This document shows, one piece after another, positions 1 to 9,481 of a stretch of DNA of 64,000 nt. A program made the position numbers and the translations under genes. Within the stretch, counting starts at the first letter, position 1. Every line of letters begins with the position of its first letter. The notes beneath the pieces are model-generated. The model saw only the letters and a program-made list of their open reading frames with translations, ran no database searches and was not told where the DNA came from. The DNA lies in NCBI GenBank assembly GCA_025594325.1, contig JANHCV010000001.1, positions 2,480,001 to 2,544,000 of the forward strand, given 5' to 3'. The stretch comes from Blastocladiella emersonii ATCC 22665. Its lineage: Eukaryota > Fungi > Blastocladiomycota.

Positions 1-2
1 TC

Positions 3-707
3 CTCTCCGACATCGCCGTCCTCGTCCGCCCCGGCACCGCCGATACCTTTGCGCCCTTCTGGCGCCTCAAGTACACGGACGGCAGCGCCGACGAGCCGCC
101 CGTGCACCCGGCGTACGCCGAGTTCGAGCACACCCAGCTCCAGCAGTCGATGCAGGAGCTCGGCCTCGTCCAGGCGCCCAAGAAGACGGCGGCCGGCGGT
201 ACCAAGGGCAAGAGCGCGTCGGCGGGGCTCGCGCGGGCCGCCTCGGGTACCGCGTCGTCCGGTGCCAGCGGCCCCGCCCTCGCGCGCGCGCCCGTGGCCA
301 ACGCGCAGCCCGTCGACCCGGTCCTCAAGTCGATTGCGACGGTCCTCGTCGAGCACGGCGTGGTCCTTGAGTCCGCGATGCTCGCGCACCTGCAGGCCGA
401 GCACCCGGACGTGGACAACGACGAGCTCCAGGCCAAGGTCGCCGAGACGTGCCGCGTCCTGCACGGGTCGGTCGTGCTCAAGGTGCGGCCCGACACCAAG
501 TTCGAGCAGTACCGGCAGGTCGTGCTCGACCTGTTCGAGAAGAAGACGTCGGTCAAGAAGAACGAGGTCATCATCGCCATCCAGAAGGCCACGGGCCAGA
601 ACGTCCCCGTCAAGGCGTTCATGGAGATCACGGCCGAGCTCGCGGTCCAGGCCGGGCCCAAGGCCCCGTTCGTGTGGAAAAGCGTGGCCAACGCTGAGTC
701 GTCTTGA
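3..707 (+). CDS. POLR3E: RNA polymerase III subunit RPC5 (POLR3E/Rpc37), 3' part; 5' end lies outside the window
   Basis: Frame is open from base 3 (LSDIAVLVRPGTADTFAPFWRLKY...VHPAYAEFEHTQLQQ) to TGA at 705-707. The C-terminal FEQYRQVVLDLFEKKTSVKKNEVIIAIQKATG resembles the winged-helix end of human RPC5 as recalled (DQHRQVLLEIFSKNYRVRRNMI). Confidence 0.65.
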   Translation, partial: LSDIAVLVRPGTADTFAPFWRLKYTDGSADEPPVHPAYAEFEHTQLQQSMQELGLVQAPKKTAAGGTKGKSASAGLARAASGTASSGASGPALARAPVANAQPVDPVLKSIATVLVEHGVVLESAMLAHLQAEHPDVDNDELQAKVAETCRVLHGSVVLKVRPDTKFEQYRQVVLDLFEKKTSVKKNEVIIAIQKATGQNVPVKAFMEITAELAVQAGPKAPFVWKSVANAESS

Positions 708-814
708 GTTGGTGGTGCTGGCGCAATACAATACACTTTGACTGTGAATAACGTAGATTTTTAGTGGTAGTCTGTACAGAGTCCCCTTCCCTCCCGTGTT
801 CGCATCGCACCGCA

Positions 815-3387
815 TCATGTCAACCGCCGCAGCGACATGAACCCCTCGACAGCGTGGTCGATCTTGCCGTGCCAGTGCAAGCACACGGTGCTCTTGGCGG
901 GGAGACACACGAAATCGAGCAGCGAGATGCCCGTGGCCGACCCCTCCTTGGCGCGGCCGTCGCCGTCCGTGACGACGCCCGACCCGTGGTGCACCGTGTA
1001 TGTCGGTGCGTGGATCGCCGACATGACCGACTCGCCGTTGATCACGATCTGGATCGACGGCTTGCTGCGCGTGAAGAAGCTGAAGGCGAGCTCGTACACC
1101 CCCGCCTCGGCCACCCGCACCACACACGCGTCGGGCTCCCACCGCAGGTTCGTCCGGTCCGTATTCTGCGCCTCGAGCGACCACGGAATCCCCGACCCGT
1201 GCTTGAGGCTCCCCGACTTCCACAGCCACACGCCGCCGCGCAGCCACGGGTGCGACTGCACTCCGGCAAACGTCGCCCGCAGCGTGCTGATCTCAGACGC
1301 CAGCAGGAACAGCTTCTCGTCCATGGCCGACGTCAGCTTGTGGTGCAGGATCTCGTAGTCCTCGGGCTGCAGGTGCACCGCGGGCGATCCGGCGCTGCCG
1401 CCACCAAGGACCGTCGACTCGTTGGCGGCGCTGTCGAGTGGCCGTGGCCGCGCCTCCCCGCGGTGATGATGGCCGAGGCCCGGGGCGGGCGACGCTGACG
1501 GCGCTGCGAACCCGCGAGGGTTCGGCACGAGCACCTGCAGCTGCGCGATGTTCGCCTCGACCTCGCCCACCTTGTTGGCGATACTCTGGACGCGCTGGAC
1601 GAGGTCGTCCTGCTCGGCGCCGCGCGTCAGGACCGCACGCTGCAGCGCCATGTGCTTGGCCTCGAGGTCGATGAGCCCCATCATCGGCCCCGACGCGACC
1701 ATGCCGTGCGGCGCCGGGTAGTAGCCCGCGGCGGCGGCCGTCGGCGAGGCCATGGACTCGTGCGAGCCCGACTTCGACCGCCGCTTACCCGCGCGGCGGC
1801 CCTCGGCCTTCGACGGCGACGTCGGGCCCGCGTGCTTGAGCCGCTTGTCGAGGTACTTTTTCATATCCTCGCGCGTAGCGACGTGGCGCATGAGCTCCTC
1901 GAGGGCGGCGGAGTCGGCCTTGGACTCGAGCTGCGCAGCGAGCGACTTGACGGCGTTAGCGCGCTCGGCGGCGTGGTCCTGGACCGACGCGCGCAGCGCG
2001 CGCACCGTGGACTGCAGGCGGTCGACGTCGGCGGCGAGCGCGTTGTGGACTGTGGTCAGGTCGACGGCCACCTGGTTCGCCTCGCGCTCCGCGTGCTCGC
2101 GCACCTCGCCCAGCGTCGCCTGCACCAGGTGCAGCTGTCCGCGCAGCTGCGCCACGGCGCCGCGCTCCGGCATCCCCGCGTGCAGCTGCGCCAGCGCGTC
2201 CGTCATCTCGCACAGCGTCTCCTCCATGTCCTTGGCGTGCTTGGACAAGCTGTCCAGCCGGTCGTGCCACGTGTCGTCGCGCGACGCGAGCATCAGCTCC
2301 ACGTCCAGCCGCGTCGCCCATGGCGCGCTCGCGGCGTCGGAAGTGGTGTTAGCGGCGGCATCGGCGGTCGCGCGAGTGTCCTTGAGCTCGGCCGCGATGA
2401 GCTTCTTGGTCTCGCCGAGAACGTGGGCCTTGACCTCGTCGATGGCGCGCGCGTCGAGCTGGACCGGCGCCGACTGGGTCTCGCGGTTCGCGGCCGACTG
2501 CTTGCGCGGCGACGTCGGTGTGCGGTCCGGGGATCCCGGGCGAGATGGTGGCGACGGCGCGGTCCCGTCGAGTTTCGCGATCTCGCGGCGGAGGTTACCG
2601 AGCTCGCCAGACGTCGACACCGCCGAAGCGTGGAGCGCGGCGAGCTGGGCGGCGTGCGCGGCAGCTGCCGCCTCGGACGCGGCGAGTCTGCGCCGCAGCA
2701 GGTCGCGCTCGCCCTCAGCCGCAGCGAGCGCGTCGCGCAGACTCTGCTCGCGCGAACGGGCCGCGGCCGCGTCCTCGCGCCGCGCTTGGTCGAGCGCCGC
2801 GAACTGGCCCTCGAGCCGCTCGAGGCGGCGGTCGAGCGCGCTCGACGACGGACGCGATTCGAGCTCACGCGTGTGCGCGTCGATCGTCGCCGCGTTGTCC
2901 TGCAGCGCTATCAGGATCTGCTTGACGGTGTCGCGCAGGACTACTCGAAACGTGGAGGGTCAGTCAAGTTTCCACTCGGATCCCGCAAACGCAGCGTACC
3001 CGGATGCACCTCGCGCCACGCCGTGGTGTCGGGGTCGAGGCTCGTCGAGGCCACCGTGTCGGCCACGGACTGCACCGACTGGCTCCGGCCATGGTCGCGA
3101 CCGGACAGCGGCTCGAGCGGCGCGTCGAAAGGCGACGGCGCTTGGCCCTCGAACACGGGCTCGAGCGGGTAGTTGGAGGAGGAGAATGGGTTGGTTGGTG
3201 GGAGGCCCAAGTCGTTGGTCAGGGGCAACGCCGCTGCGCCGCGGTACATGACGGGCGCGGCGGCGCCCTTGGCGGACGTGGTGGCGCCATGGTAGCCGGC
3301 CAGACTCGAGACAATGTCCTCGTGGACGGCGCCGAGCCGGGAGGATGCCGTGGGCGCGCGCCGTTGCGGGGTGGTGGCGACTGGCAT
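815..3387 (-). CDS. Long coiled-coil protein with C-terminal C1q/TNF-like beta-sandwich domain (~837 aa); exons 3387-3000 and 2940-815
   Basis: A 59-nt intron (2999-2941, GTACGC...CTGAC...GTAG) joins the two ORFs in frame (EVHP|VLRDTVKQ). There are heptad-rich helical stretches, then GVWLWKSGSLKHGSGIPWSLEAQNT...VRVAEAGVYELAFSFF...GFMSLRRL, with the C1q-like G-x-Y pattern. Confidence 0.75.
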
Positions 3388-3654
3388 GGTGGTGATTCGT
3401 GAAGTGAGCTTGCGCGATGGCGTTGGCGGCGCGGGCAGACGAAGCGCGATGCAGCTCCTGCCCGGCGGGCACGCAGGCGGCGAGGTTCGTGGTGCAGCAG
3501 CAGCGCGTGACGGCGATCTACGCGAGGGGTCCTTGCTCAGGAGTACGAGCTGCCGAGGACGAGGCTCGATCGGACTATTGTCGTTGCATTTAGTGTCTCC
3601 AACGCCAGGTGAGGGACGGGAGGCCTTTCAGAGCCGGGCACGCGAGCCGTGATC

Positions 3655-3674
3655 AGACGCGTCGCGACGCGTCT
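3655..3674. promoter_or_regulatory. 20-bp perfect palindrome AGACGCGTCGCGACGCGTCT (two MluI/MCB-like ACGCGT cores) between divergent genes
   Basis: Read directly; lies between the ATGs at 3387 (-) and 3844 (+). Regulatory function is inferred. Confidence 0.45.
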
Positions 3675-3843
3675 CAAACCCGTCATGTGATGTGTGCGTC
3701 GCGGGAGGAGACATTTTGCCGCCACGCGATATCACTGCGCCTCGAAAAAAAACGCAACGGTGAAGCACGTAGATCCCATGTAACTTGGACCAGACTCGCT
3801 GCAAGGAGCAGACATAGACCTAGATCGACTACCGCGTGTGACC

Positions 3844-5450
3844 ATGGCCGAGGACGCCCTGACCGGCGGCCCGTTCTCGGGCGTCGCCGGCGTCGCGGGC
3901 CTCGATAACATTGATTTCGGCCACTACACGAGCGCCCAGCTGCTGGCGCTCGCCGACGAGCTCGAGAAGAAGAACGAGTACCTGCGCCTCGAGAACCAGC
4001 TGTTCGAGTCCTTCTACCAGCGCTCCAACTCGGGCACGACTTCGTCGACCGCCGGCAAGTACGGCGCGGCTGGCGGCGGTGCAGGAGACGATGAACTCGC
4101 CGGAGCCGCGCCTCCTGGAACCGCTGCACGCGCTCTCGACGCGGGGGCGCCGGCCGTCGGGCTCGCCCTCGACGGGGCCGCAGGCGGTGCGCCTGGAGCG
4201 CCGGTCCTACCCGCCGCCGTCACGGTGCCCGCGCCCGCGCTCGTCCGCGCGCCCGCCAAGAAGAAAAAGGGCGACAAGGTCAAGCAGGCGGCGGATGTGA
4301 TCATCCTGCTGACGGCGGAGCAAAAGTCGGAGATCGCGACGCGCGAGCTGGAGGAGCTGCGCGACGAGCTCGAGCGCCGCCGCGCCGAGTGGTCGCGCGC
4401 CGTCGACAACCTGCGTGCCGAGATGGAGGAGATTGAGATCGGCCTGGCCGAGATCAAGAAGGCGCTGTACGAGTTCCGGCGCGACATTGTGGCGGGCGCG
4501 CTCAACGAGCGCACGGGCAAGGTCATGGCCGAGAAGGTGGTGCGGTACTTTGAGGACAAGATGCGTGCGCGCGACACGACGCTCGAGAAGATCCGGCTCA
4601 AGAACGCCACGCTCAAGACCCACAAGAACAAGCTCATGCTCCAGCTGCGCCAGAAGGAGGAGATGGGCGAGGTGCTCCACGCCATCGACTTTGACCAGCT
4701 CAAGATCGAGAACCACCAGTACCTCGCCAAGATCGAGGAGCGCAACGCCGAGCTGCTCAAGCTCAAGATGGTCGCCGGCAACATTGTCCAGGTCATGAAC
4801 GTGTTCAAGCGCCGGCTCGGCGGGCTCGAGGAGGAGTCGGCCAAGCTGCGCGCCGAGCTCGGCCTGCGCCGCGAGCTGCTCGAGCGGCTGCGCGTCGAGT
4901 CCGAGGCCGTGCGCAAGGAGACCAACAAGGCGCTCAAGGTGTGCAAGACGCTCGTCACGACGGGCCGCGAGTTTTCGGTCCCGTCGGTCATGGAGTACGT
5001 TATGCTCAAGGTACTGCTCATCTCGCTCGTCCGATCGAACTGCTCGGGTACTGACGCTGCGGCGGTGTAGGCCGAGCAGCAAGAAGTGCTCACCAAGGTG
5101 CGGTCCTGGCGCCGCAAGGTCGAGATTGCCCAGATGTCGCTGCAGCGGTACGGCGTACCGCATCATTTCGTACGATATCCCGAGCTCACCCAACTCTGAC
5201 GTGTAGGAGCCAACGGTTACTGGAGATGGAGGCGTCTATCCTCTCGCGCGGCCAGGACTCGGGCTCACGAAACGCAAGTCGGCTTCACCATCACGCTCGT
5301 GGGGGATACAGCCCATCGCAGGACCCACCACGCGGTGACTCGCCCAAGCTCAAGCGCGGCTCGATTGCAGCGTCACCCGCACCGCCACGAAACGGCGGGT
5401 CTCCTGCAACTCGACGCCTCGCCCCGCTCCAGCTTCAGGCGACAACCTAG
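3844..5450 (+). CDS. CCDC113: Cilia- and flagella-associated coiled-coil protein CCDC113/CFAP263 (DUF4201); exons 3844-5010, 5071-5147, 5207-5450
   Basis: Motifs LRLENQLFESFY, LTAEQKSEIATRELEE, EKIRLKNATLK and KEEMGEVLHAIDFDQLKIEN match the CCDC113/CCDC96 family. Two GT-AG introns preserve frame. Confidence 0.88.
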
Positions 5451-6391
5451 TCACACTCGCGGCTCTGATAATTTGATTTCCTTCACTTTGATTGAAAATT
5501 GCACCGAAAGCCCGAGAGAGCGTGCTGAGTGCCCGGGCGGTCGGATCTCGCGCGAAGTGTGGCGCAACGCGAGACGGTGAGACATCACGTGTTTACCGCA
5601 CGCGTTTCGCCGTCGCGTCTCTTTCATCGCATGCGATTTTTGTCCACGCACGCGTCTCAGGACATCTCCCGGGCGCGCTGAACTCGGCGCATTTGCCACC
5701 TCGCACGAATGGAACGGCGCGCGTGTTGTCTCGCCTGTCACCCATCAGTCCAGCGCAGCCCGCCTCCATTTCTCGCGCGCCTCGTGCTCCCTGCAAAGGT
5801 AAAAACCCGTGATTCCGCCGTCTTTACGACACGACGACCTTTGTCAGTGTTCCATGTAATCGTCTCACACACCCGCACCCGAACGCAAACCGCTATCGCC
5901 CACCTCGCCGCCCTCCTCGATCAGCTTTCCCCGCGCCGGATCCATCCGGATCCTGTTCGGCTTCCCTCGTCACTACACCGCCAAGACTAGACGCCGTGGA
6001 GCTCGTCCCGAGTCCCCGCCGACGCTGCGATTCCGCTGCACCCAGCCGCGTCCCGCCCCGACCGCCTCGCCGGGTCCTCCTCGCCCGCGCGACCACCGCC
6101 TTCCGCCTCGTACCCGAGCGCTTCGACCTCGCTACCATAGCGCTGCAACCGACGCTCGACAACACATGTATGACGACCGGCACCTTTATCTGCGCTCGAG
6201 GTCATGTCTCCTGACCGATCCTCCGTGGCCCTCATGTAGCCGTCGCCTTCGCCACCCCCGCTCGAGTACTCGACCGCACAACATCACCTACCGCACCTTC
6301 GCGACGCTCGGCATAGCTCTGGGTCATCCCTAACTCACCTCGTCGACCGACAGCCACTCGCTCGCCCGTCGCACTGCCCACCCTCGCGACC

Positions 6392-7946
6392 ATGTCGCTC
6401 AACACGAGCGGCACGCCCGCCGCCGGCGGCGACGCAGGCGGCTTCCTCCTCGAGCAACCGAACGCCTCCGCCCGCGTCACCGGCGTCCACGAGTCGCTGC
6501 TGCAGGAGTGCGAGCGCGACATTATCTGGTACCGCGACTACTTTTTCGGCAAGGCGCATATCAACTTTGTCGCCAAGGCCTCGGCCCGCGGCCCGCTCGC
6601 CGTGTCCCTCGTCCTCGACGGCGACAACTACAAGGGCCTCGTGCGCACCACCGAGGTACGGTATCTCGCGCTCAGCACTCGGCGTGGTCCATCCTCGCTC
6701 ATCGCGGCCGCCGCCGTCGTGTGTGTAGGGCTCCGAGCGGCTCACGGTCCCGCGCGACTCGGTCGTCACGGCGTGGTGGCGCAAGCTGTTCGGCATGCCA
6801 CCAACCCCGACCAGCATCATGCGCGCGCTCAGCCCGCAGATCCCGATCCAGTCACTCAAGCTGTGCAAGGACGTCGGCCTCCCGAACGAGCTGCTCGCCA
6901 TGGAGGAGCGCCAGGTTCGGTTCCGCCCCTCACCGCGGCCATGATGCACCGATGCTGACCGCTCGCTCGCCTCCAGGTCATCCGCAGCTACAAGTTCGGC
7001 CTCGGCTACCTCCGCGCCGGACAGAACTCGGAGGAGCACCTCTTCTCCAACACCGAGGGTACGGATCGCGACCGTGACCCCGCGATGACACTCTCGACTG
7101 ACCGCTTTCTTCGCCGCGTAGAGGACATGTCAGTCGAGTTCAAGGAGTTCCTCAACTTCATCGGCGAGACCATCGAGCTGAAGGGCTGGCGCGGGTACCG
7201 TGCCGGTCTCGATGTCTCGAGTACGTGTCCGCGCGCGCTGTACGATGATATCAACTCCGACTCTGACCTCCCGCGACGCTGTAGACGAGCAGACGGGCAA
7301 GCACTCCGTGTACACCAAGTGGCAAGGCTACGAGATCATGTTCCACGTCTCGACATACCTCCCGCACACGACACACGACAAGCAGCAGGTGCGATTCCGC
7401 TCACTCGCACTCGGACCGCCGTCCATGGCCATGGTGCTGACCTGGATGACCCGTGTAGCTCGAGAAGAAGCGCCACATCGGAAACGACATTGTGGTTCTG
7501 ATATTCCAGGACAGCGACACGGCGTTCGAGCTACCAACACTCACGTCCAAGCAGAACCGTACGGATCCATCTCATCGGCCGATCTGTACGACCCTCTTCT
7601 CACGCGCTCGCTCCCGCCTTGCGTAGACGTCGTCATTGCCGTGCGCCCAGACGGCGACAAGTACGTGATCGCGGCCAGCTACAAGAACGGCGTGCCGCAC
7701 TTCAACCCCGAGATCCCCGACCCGCCCCAGTTCAACCGCGACGCCGTCGGTCGTGACTTTTTGCTCCACAAACGTACGATCCCCTCGTGTCTCGCGCTTC
7801 CACGAGACACCAAACTGACTCGCCGTGCTCGTCTAGTGGTCAACGCCGAGCGCGCGAGTTACAAGAGCCCATCGTTCGCGCCCAAGATCTCGCGGACACG
7901 CAACGTGCTGCTTCTCGACGTCGCGGAGCGATTCGAGGGCAGCTAA
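6392..7946 (+). CDS. Rap/Ran-GAP domain protein (Rap1GAP-like), about 8 exons
   Basis: Spliced product contains YRDYFFGKAHINF, YKFGLGYLRAGQNSEEHLFSN, FKEFLNFIGETIELKGWRGYRAGLD, YEIMFHVST, EKKRHIGNDIV (catalytic Asn thumb) and LVNAERASY. Canonical short introns. Confidence 0.93.
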
Positions 7947-8173
7947 ACCTGGTCGTGTATCAGCGGAGACGCTGTGTCGACCACATCGGTGTACCGGAAA
8001 GCTCGCTTCGATCCTCCCTCCCTCCTTCCAAATCTAAGAAACCCATACACACGTGTGCTGTTGCTTTCTCTCTCTTCTCGATCTCGCCTTGCTCCCTCCT
8101 TGTCTGTACATTTATAAACGTTCCGTTCGCATCTCACACGAGTCATTCACGGCAAAGAGTACATTCCACGACT

Positions 8174-9196
8174 TCACTTGGTCCCCATGACCTGCGACAT
8201 CTTCGACTTGGGCACCTTGACCGCGAGTTGCTCCTCGTAGTCGGGCCGCTGCAGGAGCACGAACAGGTACTGGATCCCGTTCTTGTAGGCGTCCACGATG
8301 CACGGGTGCAGCGGGTTGCCGTAGATCTCGAGTGTCGAGAGTGCGGCGCACTTGCCTACACGAAATCCGAGGATCAGTCGCGAACGGGAGCGCAGCGAGC
8401 ACTCGGAGACGTACTGAGGCAGCGCGGAAGCGACTTGAACCGGTTGTTCTGGATCAGCAGCTTCTCGAGACTCGTCAGGTTGCCGAACGACTCGGGCAGC
8501 GTCTCGAGGTGGTTGTTGCGCAGAACGAGCTATGGCGATGATGCGCAGGTCAGCGAGGGGACGATCTGGTTGGAGCATGAGAACGTACGATGGTGAGGTC
8601 CTTGAGCTGGCCGATTTCGTCGGGAAGCGAGCCAAGCTTGTTGTCCGAGAGGTACAGCTCGCGCAAAGTCGCTATATGGTCTCGGAAACCAGTCAGTCGC
8701 GGAACAGTGAGCAGCCACGAGTCACACGTACACAAGCGGCAGATGTGTGGTCGAAGCTCTCGGAGGTAGTTCATGCTGAGGTCGAGTACACGGAGCTTGG
8801 GACACGAGCCGAAGCCGTGCGGAATGTCCTTGATCAGGTTGTTGCTCGCGACGAGGAACTCGAGCAGGGCCAGCTCGTTGATCTTCTGCGGCAGCTCCTT
8901 GAGCTTGTTGCCGAACAGGTTGAGCGACTGCAGCCGCGTGAGCTGCGTGATGTCGGCGTCATGGATCGACGTGAGCTTGTTGTTGGAGACGGTCAGCGCG
9001 CGAATGTTCGAGGGCGGGAACGACGCTAGTGGTGACCGCGGTGGCGGTCAGCACCCATCACATCCATGATCAAGTTAACTTCATGAGCGGTAGTACCGAG
9101 CTCCTTGGCCGGGAACTTTTTGATTCGCGCGTCCGACAGGTTCACCGTCTGCGTGCCGTCCTGGGCGCATTTCGCGAGATAGTCCGAGATACCCAT
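8174..9196 (-). CDS. RSU1: Leucine-rich repeat protein, Ras suppressor protein 1 (RSU1)-like, about 5 exons
   Basis: ATG at 9196 (MGISDYLAKCAQDGTQTVNLSDARI). Spliced LRRs include GFGSCPKLRVLDLSMNYL and TLRELYLSDNKLGSLPDEIGQLKDLTILVLRNNHL. The cap NPLHPCIVDAYKNGIQYLFVLLQRPDY resembles recalled human RSU1 (NPWVTPIADQFQLGVSHVFEYIRSETY). Confidence 0.7.
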
Positions 9197-9481
9197 CTTC
9201 CGTGTTCTATGATTTCATTGCACTAGGTCCTTGATTCGCACAGGTTACTCCGTGGGTATCGCAAGCAGCGCTCGTCTCGCGAACCGAGGCGCGGCCGGGT
9301 GCGAGACGCGTCGAGTTATCAGGTGACGCACAGTGCCGAGCCACCGCAGAGCGCCGCAGTTCCTCCCCTGCTCCTCAAACCTGTAGTTCGCACCGCGCGG
9401 CCCATGTAACGCTATCCGAGTTCTTGCAACGTTTTTGAATCGCTCAGCTCTTGCTCGACCTGCACTGCGCGACCCGGCACC

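Noticed and set aside
3773-3785. GATCCCATGTAAC upstream of CCDC113 resembling an RFX X-box
   Set aside because: It is a poor match to the GTNRCC-N-RGYAAC consensus and a single instance, so not supportable.
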